Shown here one piece after another: positions 1 through 8,878 of a stretch of 64,000 nt of DNA. The stretch is from positions 1,376,001 to 1,440,000 of the forward strand of contig CAWDFP010000006.1 of NCBI GenBank assembly GCA_963801605.1, given 5' to 3'. Below the pieces are notes generated by a model. It had not been told where the DNA came from, ran no database searches, and saw only the letters and a list, made by a program, of their open reading frames with translations. Both the position numbers and the translations under genes were made by a program. Within the stretch, counting starts at the first letter, position 1. The number at the start of each line of letters is the position of its first letter. This DNA comes from an uncultured candidate division Zixibacteria bacterium. GTDB lineage: Bacteria > Zixibacteria > MSB-5A5 > UBA10806.

Positions 1-1
1 T

Positions 2-502
2 TCAGGAGATGATGCCGGCCGACGGGCAGTGGATGAGCATCCCGGAGTACTTCGAAATCTCGTGAAAGCATTTGGCAACGAGATACTAAATTCCGATGGC
101 GCCCTCAATCGACGCCTGTTGGGCCGGATCGCTTTCTCCGATGTTGAGGCTCATCGCAAATTAAATGAAATAGTTCATCCCATGCTGCTTAAGATTCTAA
201 AATCCGATCTCAAAAAACATCGTAAGAAATCGAAATTGGCCGTTATCGATGCCGCTCTCATTTTCGAATGGGGTATTGCCGATTGGTGCGATTATATCCT
301 GGTTGTTACCGCCAAACGTGATATCCGTTTGAAGCGCTTAAGGGCGCAAGGCCTCTCCAGTCGCGAGGCCCGGGATCGAATCAGCTCCCAAATTCCGGAT
401 CGCGACAAAGCGGCTCTGGCAGATTATGTTATTAAAAACAATGGCTCCAAAACTCAACTTCGAAATGCTATATTAAAATTCCTCAAATTGTTGCCTGATT
501 AA
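2..502 (+). CDS. coaE: Dephospho-CoA kinase (5' end outside window)
   Basis: Motifs FG.EIL..DG.LNRR.LG...F, LN.IVHP, IDAALIFE, R..RL, RI.SQ, ADYVI.NNG; frame is open from the window start (SGDDAGRRAV...). Confidence 0.92.
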   Translation, partial: SGDDAGRRAVDEHPGVLRNLVKAFGNEILNSDGALNRRLLGRIAFSDVEAHRKLNEIVHPMLLKILKSDLKKHRKKSKLAVIDAALIFEWGIADWCDYILVVTAKRDIRLKRLRAQGLSSREARDRISSQIPDRDKAALADYVIKNNGSKTQLRNAILKFLKLLPD

Positions 503-795
503 TTATTATATACTTTTCCTCTCTCAGGCTTTACGGGATACGAATTGTGTTGATCCCTGACGCTTTCCCAATCAAAACCATCCATTACCGTGTTTCCATC
601 GCAATCATCGTAGGGACACATCTGAATGCCGTCAATATCGCGATATTCACCACGATGATAAGTCCTCTGACAATGCAGGCACCATAAATAATCAGAGCGT
701 TTCTCCTCGTTGAAAACTTGATCGCGATGATACCCATCCTTAACCCCGGCGATTTTCATCATTCTGCGATACATGTCACTTTGCGGATCTTTCAT
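499..795 (-). CDS. Small hypothetical protein with WCLHC and CPYDDC motifs (possible Zn-binding)
   Basis: ATG at 795 preceded by GGAGG; two Cys pairs; stop overlaps the coaE stop. Confidence 0.7.
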   Translation of the reverse strand: MKDPQSDMYRRMMKIAGVKDGYHRDQVFNEEKRSDYLWCLHCQRTYHRGEYRDIDGIQMCPYDDCDGNTVMDGFDWESVRDQHNSYPVKPERGKVYNN

Positions 796-897
796 TGTTC
801 CTCCATGTAAAAATTTCCTCAAATGCTTAAATTATATCAGGCGTTACTGACAGAACCTGTCAGTAGATTTTGCATGATTTTGAGGCCATCACAGATG

Positions 898-1083
898 GCT
901 CGCGGGTTCCGCGGCCCCGACGAAGTCGGGGCACAGAAATCGGATTGGACGCCCGAAATTCTTATAAGAAGAGTGGTATGCTTCCTTTGTAAAAGTGATC
1001 TATCCCCGATTATGAGAAGGCCAAACGGGCTCCAATCCGATTTCTCCTTTTGTCCCTTGGGACAAAAGGCGGAACCCGCGGGC
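898..1083. repeat. Inverted pair of ~58-bp elements (REPIN/MITE-like), each carrying a different internal hairpin
   Basis: 898-955 GCTCGCGGGTTCCGC-[GCCCCGACGAAGTCGGGGC]-AGAAATCGGATTGGACGCCCG matches the reverse complement of 1026-1083, whose insert is CCTTTTGTCCCTTGGGACAAAAGG. Confidence 0.85.
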
Positions 1084-1128
1084 TTTTTCCCTTGCGGATT
1101 ACCACCGCGATCTCCTAAATAGTGATTC

Positions 1129-1836
1129 ATGCATCTCTGGGGTTACATTGTCAACACGCTTGCTGTAATAGCAGGCTCCGGTCTTGGCTTGTTGGCGGGA
1201 GCTCGTATATCCGATCCCGTTAAAAAGATCATTTTGACCGCCCTCGGGCTTTCCACAATTTTGATTGGTATCCAAACAACCGTAGCCACTTCTAAGGTCC
1301 TTTTGGTTGTAGGGTCGCTCGTTGTTGGCGGAATTATCGGGCAATTGATCGGTATTGAGGAGTGGTTGGAACGAGTCGGCGAAAAGATTCACTTAAAAAT
1401 TGCCAGACCTTCAAACAATGATACTCAACCGGCACCCAATACTTTTGTTTTGGGATTTGTGACTGCCTCGCTTTTATTTTGCGCCGGGCCGATGACAATC
1501 GTCGGTTCGCTTCAAGACGGTTTTGCGCGGGATGCCAATATCATCTATATCAAATCGCTTATGGATGGTGTGGCGGCAATTGCCTTAACCGCCTCGATGG
1601 GTGTGGGAGTGATTTTCTCCGCTGTTACGGTATTTGTTATGCAGGGTCTGCTAACTTACGCCGGTATGGCTGCCGGTAATTCTATCAGTAAAATCGTGAT
1701 GGACGTAATTAGCGCTACTGGCGGGGCATTAATTTTGGGAATTGGATTTAACCTTTTGGGATTTGGGAAAATAAAGGTCGGGAATTTAATTCCAGCGCTT
1801 TTTGTCGCGGGTATTTTGGCGTGGTGGCTTTTGTAG
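1129..1836 (+). CDS. DUF554 family membrane protein (YdfK/YqgA-like)
   Basis: G.IVN.LAVI.GS..G, GFVTASLLFC.GPMTIVGS..DG, KS.MDG, GVGV.FSA, KIKV.NL.PAL; multiple TM segments. Confidence 0.9.
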   Translation: MHLWGYIVNTLAVIAGSGLGLLAGARISDPVKKIILTALGLSTILIGIQTTVATSKVLLVVGSLVVGGIIGQLIGIEEWLERVGEKIHLKIARPSNNDTQPAPNTFVLGFVTASLLFCAGPMTIVGSLQDGFARDANIIYIKSLMDGVAAIALTASMGVGVIFSAVTVFVMQGLLTYAGMAAGNSISKIVMDVISATGGALILGIGFNLLGFGKIKVGNLIPALFVAGILAWWLL

Positions 1837-2061
1837 AAATTCATTTGTTGTGGTTATTTAGAGAATTATAATATGGATGATAAAAATATCAGGTACCTTT
1901 AATAATAATGGTTAATGCCTCCTATGATGTTTGTCGATAATAAGTTAAGTGAATATATGAAAGTAAGTTCAATCATTGAATCGAGGGATCATAGTATCAG
2001 GATTTCATATTTTTCAAGGCTTGTTCGAGGTTGCTTGAACCTCTGTTCTGCAAAATTATTC

Positions 2062-2089
2062 TTGACATTTTTTTCGGCGAAGGTATTTT
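2062..2089 (+). promoter_or_regulatory. Putative sigma70 promoter of the T9SS/envelope operon
   Basis: TTGACA (2062-2067), 16-bp spacer, TATTTT (2084-2089), ~170 bp upstream of the porU-like ATG. Confidence 0.5.
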
Positions 2090-2260
2090 AATTGCAACGA
2101 TTTAGAGGAAAGGGATTGCGTATCGCGATTAGTTAAAAGGTTTTTGTAGAGAAGCAGAACAACTGAAGAAAGCGTGCGCTACATTAACCTGTTAGCTGAT
2201 TTTTGATTTTGCGGGCAATTTCCCTCGCCCGGAAAATCAAATTGCGGGTATGGAGACCTA

Positions 2261-5200
2261 ATGAATCGTTCCTCTCAATCGAAAAAATTAACAGCCATCA
2301 TCTATCTATTTATCATAATGCTCTGCGCCAATTTATCTTGGGCGGGGGCCATATTTGATGATGATGTGGAAATTCTGCAATCGGATGCCGGTGGCGTAAC
2401 TCTTCGCTATATTGTTCCGGATGCTTCAATTGTGCCTTATAGCGAGGATGGTTTTAATCTGTTGAGTATTCCCGGAACAGCACAAAATGCCAAAGAGGGT
2501 ACAATCGAAATCCCCCTCAAAATCGTACCGTTGGCTATGCCGCCCGAAGCTTCAGCGAGGATAACCGTTCAGGAATCCCAATATGCACCCATAGTTTTCC
2601 AGCAGCTGGCGCCATATTTCTCACGACCTAACTCTGACGCGCTCCATCAGGCCTATCTTCAAGCTAAACTTGCTAAGCCGATTATCCCCGATGATAAACC
2701 TTATATATCTTCCAGCGGCGTCACGCGAGGCTTGAACATTGCTCGTCTCGCGATTCCCGCAGCTCGGTATTCTCTTGAACCTCAGGAAATTTCCGTGCTA
2801 AAAAGTATGACGGTGCGCGTCGATTTCGTCGGAGGCAGTCAGAAATTCGCTGAAGGATATCGAGATCCGGGGCCGGCTTATCGACGAATGTTCGAACAAA
2901 TCATAGCTAATTATGATATCGGACGTAACTGGTATCTACCTCGTAATCTGCCATTTGCCAAAGCGGCCATAACCAGTTCGACTCCATTCGACTCCTCTGC
3001 AACCTGGATCAGGATTGAACTTACCACTGACGGTATTTATGGTTTTGGCTGGCCGCAATTTTCCATGGTTGGAATCGATCCCTTAAGTATTGACCCCACT
3101 CGTATCAGGGTATTTTATGGTGGTGGCCAGGAACTTCCTGTAGCCAATAGCCAGCCTCGACCTCAGCTAACTGAAATCCCCGTCAAAATTCTGGGCGGCG
3201 ACGATGGAAGTTTCGATAACGGAGACCTGGTTGTTTTTTATGCGGATGCGGTAGATAGTTGGCAATACTCCACGCAATTTCACAGGTTCGAACGCTATAA
3301 AGATCATTACACTGATAAAAATGTTTACTGGCTTACGTTCGATGGCGATTTCCAGGGACAGCCGCGCCGGATTGCATCCTTTGATGGGGCTCCCGATGGT
3401 CCGGTCGATATCTCAGTCGATAGCTACACCTCGGTTGCCCATAAGGAACAGGAAACGGTCTTCTGGTTTTCCGGCGATCAGGAAATGGATGAATTCGAAT
3501 GGTACTGGGGAAGAGGCTTGACGTTTTCTGTCACTTCCCAGTTGACTGATCTGGTGCCCGGCTCCGAGGCTACTGTAACTGTCAGGCATCAATATGGCGA
3601 TCCTACCTTGTCGGTAAATGGCGGCGCCCCTATTACGGGCATGCTTTATCCAACATTTGCCTTTTACAAAACTTCCGAATTCGTCGAGGGCGCCAACGGC
3701 CTTCAATTCCAATCGCCCGGCGATATGACTCTCGATTATGTTGATGTTGATTACAAGCGATGGCTTAAGGTTGTCGATGGTGTCTTGACGTTTACACAAC
3801 CGGATTCTTTTGGAACGATAAAATACACGCTTACTAATGTGAGAACGCCCTATTTTCTGTTCGATATTGGCGATAGAAATAATCCCGTTGAAATTGTAAA
3901 TGGGACTCTTGATAACGGCAATCTGGCTTTTGATGATACCGTTTCTTCTCTATCTCATAAAAGGTATTGCTTCACCAGCCGCGACAGACTGAAAAGCCCC
4001 GGAGCGGTTTCGCTCTATCAAATGGATAATCTCAGGGATGCTACCCTTTCTCAGAATCGCGCCGACGAAATTATCGTCACTTATGATGGTTTCTATGATC
4101 AGGCCGTGCGCCTCGCTCAACACCGGCAGGCCGCCAATGGTTTGACTGCCAGGGTTGTAAAAATATCCGATGTCTATAATCAATTCTCTTTCGGACTCAC
4201 CGATGCTGTCGCCATTAGAGATTTTCTCAAATACGCCTACGAAAACTGGCCCGACCCGGCCCCCAGTTTCGCCTGCTTGCTTGGCGACGGCAACTATGAT
4301 TATCGAAACTATCATGGCAACAACCTTCGCAATTATATTCCTCCCTTCGAAAATACCACTGCTATGGGGGATGAGAATTTCATTTATTTCAACAGGGATG
4401 GCTTTCTTGATTCTGATGGCAATCTCCTTCCCGATATGGTTATCGGGCGTATTAATGCCCGAAGCGCCCAGGAAGCCGATGATATTGTCAGCAAAATCGA
4501 GGATTATGATACCAATCCCGATCTTGGGCCCTGGCGGAATCGCGTGGTTATAGTCGCCGATGATAATTTGCATCCGGGTGACCCCAACGAGAGATACCAT
4601 ACCAATCCCCAGGCTGAAGCCTTAGCGAACGGACATGTCCCGGCCAAATTCGAAATCAATAAAATTTATATGGTCGATTACCTCATGGGTCCGGGAGGGG
4701 AGAAGCCCGAAGCCCGTAATGCTCTTATCAGTGCCTGGAATCAAGGCGCCTTAATTATAAACTGGATAGGCCACGGCAGCGCCAATCTTTGGGCTGATGA
4801 GCATATCTTCCGGCGCGTCGAGGATATCCCCAGGCTGACTAATGGTAAAAGGCTGCCCCTGGTTTTCACCGCCTCATGTTCTATCGGCCGTTTCGATGTT
4901 CCCAATGTCGAATGCATGGCGGAAGAGCTATTGCGCGGAAGATCGCGCGGGGCAATTTCGGTGATCTCGGCCACTCGGGATTCCTGGGCGACACCCAATC
5001 AATTCCTTAATAATTATTTCTTCGATCAAGTCCTGGTTCACGACTCGATCGGGATCGGCATGGCCTTGTACATGGCCAAATTCCTGCGCGCTAACTATGG
5101 ACAGGTAGATGACAATGATCGCCGCTATATGGTCTTTGGCGACCCTGCCCAGATTCTCCAATATCCCAAATATGATGTCAACATAACGGCCGCTCCCGAT

Positions 5201-6253
5201 ACTCTGGTCGCCCTCTCGGTAGACAGCCTGGCCGGTGAGATTACCGATGATCACGGTAATTTACAAACCGATTTCAACGGTACCGTTTGGATTACCGTTA
5301 AAGATGGAAGCGTAGTCCGTCAGGTAACCCTGAGAGACTGGCTGAATAATCCCTTACCATATCAGGTAACTTTCATCTCTCCGGGCTCAACTATATTTTT
5401 CGGGCCCGCTGATGTGGTCAACGGCCATTTCTCCAGCCGATTTTTCATCCCCAAAGATATTTCCTATGGCAGCCGAGGCGCTAAGATTTACGCCTATGCC
5501 GGCAATGGTTCGTATGATGCCGTCGGCGTAAAAGACTCGCTTGCTATCTCCGGTTCGCTTTCGACTGTTCAGGATACCGTCGGCCCGTCTGTATCGCTTC
5601 TGGTGGATGGCCGCCAGTTTGGTGACGGTGTCACCATGGTGCCTCTAAGCTTCACATTGGGGGCTGAGGTTCACGACGAGCACGGGATAAATATTACCGG
5701 ACAACTTGGGCACGGGATTGTCGCCGCAATCGATGGCGGGGAAGTTTACAGCGGGGACGTTACCAGCTATTTCCGCTATAACCAGGGCGACTATCAAAGC
5801 GGCAGGCTCGATATCAAGCTGCCCGAAATACCTGCCGGTGAACATGATATTTCCCTGAAAATCTGGGATAATTTCAATAACTCCACTCTCATCACGCGCC
5901 GTATCGAGGCAGTGGCGACCGACAAGCTGGAATTGACTGATGTTATGAACTATCCAAATCCAATTAAGGCCGGAATGTCCAGCACTGCTTTTCAGTACTG
6001 CCTCAACGATAATGTCGATCATGTGACAATAAAGTTGTTTACCGAATCGGGTAAGAAAATAAAAACTATCGATATCACCTCAGGCGATCTAACCCGGATG
6101 GATTGTAACCAGGTAAATTGGGATCTTTTGGATGCCGACGGCGACCGCCTGGCAAACGGGATTTATCTATATAAAGTTACCGCTGAGAAACGGCTCCCTG
6201 ATGGCTCAAGTGAAAATGCCGATAAAACGGGTAAACTGGTTATTCTCAGATAA
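2261..6253 (+). CDS. porU: Type IX secretion system sortase PorU-like protein (peptidase C25) with C-terminal sorting domain
   Basis: Signal peptide; IRDFLKYAY, LLGDG.YDY, IGRI; catalytic region NWIGHGS...WADE and FTASC..GRFD; GDPA; F.IPKDI; K.WD.FNN; CTD NYPNP...NGIYLYKV...KLVILR; adjacent to PorV-like gene. Confidence 0.88.
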   Translation: MNRSSQSKKLTAIIYLFIIMLCANLSWAGAIFDDDVEILQSDAGGVTLRYIVPDASIVPYSEDGFNLLSIPGTAQNAKEGTIEIPLKIVPLAMPPEASARITVQESQYAPIVFQQLAPYFSRPNSDALHQAYLQAKLAKPIIPDDKPYISSSGVTRGLNIARLAIPAARYSLEPQEISVLKSMTVRVDFVGGSQKFAEGYRDPGPAYRRMFEQIIANYDIGRNWYLPRNLPFAKAAITSSTPFDSSATWIRIELTTDGIYGFGWPQFSMVGIDPLSIDPTRIRVFYGGGQELPVANSQPRPQLTEIPVKILGGDDGSFDNGDLVVFYADAVDSWQYSTQFHRFERYKDHYTDKNVYWLTFDGDFQGQPRRIASFDGAPDGPVDISVDSYTSVAHKEQETVFWFSGDQEMDEFEWYWGRGLTFSVTSQLTDLVPGSEATVTVRHQYGDPTLSVNGGAPITGMLYPTFAFYKTSEFVEGANGLQFQSPGDMTLDYVDVDYKRWLKVVDGVLTFTQPDSFGTIKYTLTNVRTPYFLFDIGDRNNPVEIVNGTLDNGNLAFDDTVSSLSHKRYCFTSRDRLKSPGAVSLYQMDNLRDATLSQNRADEIIVTYDGFYDQAVRLAQHRQAANGLTARVVKISDVYNQFSFGLTDAVAIRDFLKYAYENWPDPAPSFACLLGDGNYDYRNYHGNNLRNYIPPFENTTAMGDENFIYFNRDGFLDSDGNLLPDMVIGRINARSAQEADDIVSKIEDYDTNPDLGPWRNRVVIVADDNLHPGDPNERYHTNPQAEALANGHVPAKFEINKIYMVDYLMGPGGEKPEARNALISAWNQGALIINWIGHGSANLWADEHIFRRVEDIPRLTNGKRLPLVFTASCSIGRFDVPNVECMAEELLRGRSRGAISVISATRDSWATPNQFLNNYFFDQVLVHDSIGIGMALYMAKFLRANYGQVDDNDRRYMVFGDPAQILQYPKYDVNITAAPDTLVALSVDSLAGEITDDHGNLQTDFNGTVWITVKDGSVVRQVTLRDWLNNPLPYQVTFISPGSTIFFGPADVVNGHFSSRFFIPKDISYGSRGAKIYAYAGNGSYDAVGVKDSLAISGSLSTVQDTVGPSVSLLVDGRQFGDGVTMVPLSFTLGAEVHDEHGINITGQLGHGIVAAIDGGEVYSGDVTSYFRYNQGDYQSGRLDIKLPEIPAGEHDISLKIWDNFNNSTLITRRIEAVATDKLELTDVMNYPNPIKAGMSSTAFQYCLNDNVDHVTIKLFTESGKKIKTIDITSGDLTRMDCNQVNWDLLDADGDRLANGIYLYKVTAEKRLPDGSSENADKTGKLVILR

Positions 6254-6289
6254 GGAATTAATTACGAAAATGTTTTTGTGGTCTAATAT

Positions 6290-8875
6290 ATGGAGGAAAA
6301 GATGAAGTTTTACAGGCTCGTGGTCATATTAATTCTACTTTGCACCGCTGGAGCATCTGCACAGGTGGGACGCACCGGTGTGCCGTTTCTGCTGATCGCG
6401 CCGGGAGCGAGGGCGGCCGGCATGGGAGAGGCATTTATCTCGATTGCAGATGACGCCACGTCCGTGCATTGGAATCCCGCCGGATTGGGGCGCTATCCCT
6501 TAACCGGAACCTGGAAAACCCTTCAAGGCAGCGATAAAGACTCCATTCAGGCGGTTGTCTTGGTTAAAAATAACCTGCCCGAAAATAATTACCGCCAATA
6601 TGATATCTGGGGTTTGGTAAACAGTAAATTGGCCAAATGGGATGGTGTTGCCTGGACGACAGGAAGCAGGCAGCAATTGAATGCCGGTTCATCCCTAAAA
6701 TCGCTTCTGATACGCTACACCGGTTTAAGTGAGGAGGCGGCCGGACCCTATATTGATAAGCTGGCCCGTCAGAATAATCCTATCACTCCGGAGACAATCG
6801 ATTCGCTCAGGACCAGACTGACCGGCGCTCTTCCGGCAAATTACTCTTATAAAGACGAAATCGGATATGGTTTCGATAAACTCAATAAGGCCTGGCTGGA
6901 ATTGCGAATTAATCCTGTCGGAATCGACCAAATTCGCGCTGATATCAATGGCGCTTTGAAAGATTCGATTCCCTCTACGGCGAATCTCGATAAGATCGCT
7001 TTTGGATTTGATCGCGCCATTGCCTCCAAGGGAGACCGTCGTATCTGGATACCTTATGATCTTATCCTGCCCGATACCATCAACTGCGTTGGATCAGATG
7101 ATAAAAATATTTATATCGGCACAAAATCCGGATTCTTCCGCCTGGAGCCGGATAAGTTGAGATGGTCGTCATTCAGCGCTAAAGCAGATTCGATGGTATC
7201 TGACAATGTCACCGTTGTCGAAAAAGTTGGAACCCGCGTCTATGTCGGAACCGATAAGGGCATAATGAGTTTCTCCGGCCGCACTTTTAATGCCTTCGCA
7301 TCCGACGCTGGCGCTCCCAAGGGACGAATCACTGCTATCGCCGCCGATGGTGATCGCAATGTTTGGGCTTCCACTCCCACAGATCTATATCATTATGATG
7401 GGTTAAAATGGTCCAATGCTCAGGAAAAGCAATTTGGCGTCGGCCAGACTTTAATTAAGTCGACTCAAAATTTCTACGGAGAGCTTGGAGTGGTCGACAG
7501 CGCCAGAATTCTAACCGAAATCGCCAGGGCTAACGCTAATCTTGGTGACACGGTATCAGCCGGACAATCAATAAAAATGCCGTATCGCTTAGGTTATAAA
7601 GGCGAACCCACGGCTCTTGGCGTTGACCCCAAAGGGCGAGTGTGGATTGGCACCACCACCGGCATAAGCTATTTCGATGGCGAAAGTTTCCGTCTTTTCG
7701 GTTACAAACTTATCCAGGCCGATCAGCCAACGACTGTTGACGAGGTTGCCACTCGTTTTATCCCGGATCGCAATCCGGTAAAACTTCAAAAATTAGCGGC
7801 ATTGATAAAACAATATAACGGCTTGACCTCCGATTCTCTTGCGGCTGGGTCCAGAATACTCGTTTTTGCCAACGCTTTGGGAACTGAGATTAATACTATC
7901 GAGCCGATTTCTTCCAAATCGACTGTCGTGGCGACAGACCAGGGAGTGGTCGAATACGATAACGGCAAATGGGGTCGGATGCATAATAACGATTTCTCAG
8001 GCTCCAGTATCTCCAATATCTATTCGCACTCCAGGGATTTATGGGTCGGCTCGAACGATAAGGTTTCAGTCTATGCCGCGCCCAAAAAGCAAATCACATT
8101 TATGCATTCCAACTACCTGGTGCAGCTTGCCAGTGATATCTATTATGAATATTTCTCCTTCGTTCTCCCTACCAGGGATTGGGGAACGTTTGGAATGGGA
8201 GTCACTTTCCTCTCTCTGGGAAATCAGCAGAGGATGGATGAGGTCGGCAGGCCAATGGGTACTTTCTACACTTACGAAATGGCCTTGACCTTGTCTTACG
8301 GTACCAGGCTTATGAATAACGTTTACGGCGGCCTGTCGCTGCGTTATATTAATTCGCATCTATCGATTGCAGGCGCTGGACGAGAACAGGGTACCGGTAT
8401 TGGCTCTTCGGCGGCTATCGACGCTGGCGTTCTCTATGATATGAGCCGTAAAATGACCCTGGCTGCTACGGTAACAAATATCGGACCTGACATTTCTTAC
8501 ATCGACGCTGATCAGGCTGACCCGCTTCCCCGCAAGCTTGCGGTCGGTTTCAATTATAAGTTGATCGATTCCCCGTTCAATCGACTCGCGGTTATCGGCG
8601 AGGCTACCAAGCTTTTGGTCGATCTTAACCATAGCGTCAAAACCGAAATTGAAGAAATCATTCCGCATGTCGGTTTGGAATATTGGTATTCGAATTATGT
8701 AGCTCTGCGCGCCGGTTATGTTTATGACAAGGTCGGCTACCAAAAGTACGTCACACTTGGCGCTTCTCTGCAATACACCGATTACCGGTTTGATTTTGCC
8801 TATATTCCGCCAAGCAACGAAAATACCAACCGCCTGGGAAACACTATCAGGTTTTCCATGAACGTGGGGTTCTAA
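6290..8875 (+). CDS. porV: PorV/PorQ-family outer-membrane protein with large internal propeller/LysM-like insertion
   Basis: N-terminal FLLIAPGARAAGMGEA...DDATSVHWNPAGL; barrel resumes at ITFMHSNYL (~aa 600) with DAGVLY, NIGPDISY...ADPLP, GLEYWY...LRAGY; terminal Phe; start may be the ATG at 6302. Confidence 0.82.
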   Translation: MEEKMKFYRLVVILILLCTAGASAQVGRTGVPFLLIAPGARAAGMGEAFISIADDATSVHWNPAGLGRYPLTGTWKTLQGSDKDSIQAVVLVKNNLPENNYRQYDIWGLVNSKLAKWDGVAWTTGSRQQLNAGSSLKSLLIRYTGLSEEAAGPYIDKLARQNNPITPETIDSLRTRLTGALPANYSYKDEIGYGFDKLNKAWLELRINPVGIDQIRADINGALKDSIPSTANLDKIAFGFDRAIASKGDRRIWIPYDLILPDTINCVGSDDKNIYIGTKSGFFRLEPDKLRWSSFSAKADSMVSDNVTVVEKVGTRVYVGTDKGIMSFSGRTFNAFASDAGAPKGRITAIAADGDRNVWASTPTDLYHYDGLKWSNAQEKQFGVGQTLIKSTQNFYGELGVVDSARILTEIARANANLGDTVSAGQSIKMPYRLGYKGEPTALGVDPKGRVWIGTTTGISYFDGESFRLFGYKLIQADQPTTVDEVATRFIPDRNPVKLQKLAALIKQYNGLTSDSLAAGSRILVFANALGTEINTIEPISSKSTVVATDQGVVEYDNGKWGRMHNNDFSGSSISNIYSHSRDLWVGSNDKVSVYAAPKKQITFMHSNYLVQLASDIYYEYFSFVLPTRDWGTFGMGVTFLSLGNQQRMDEVGRPMGTFYTYEMALTLSYGTRLMNNVYGGLSLRYINSHLSIAGAGREQGTGIGSSAAIDAGVLYDMSRKMTLAATVTNIGPDISYIDADQADPLPRKLAVGFNYKLIDSPFNRLAVIGEATKLLVDLNHSVKTEIEEIIPHVGLEYWYSNYVALRAGYVYDKVGYQKYVTLGASLQYTDYRFDFAYIPPSNENTNRLGNTIRFSMNVGF

Positions 8876-8878
8876 ATA

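Noticed and set aside
823..1130. ORFs 823-1122(+) and 837-1130(-)
   Set aside because: They span the inverted repeat element and translate similarly on both strands; repeat artefacts.
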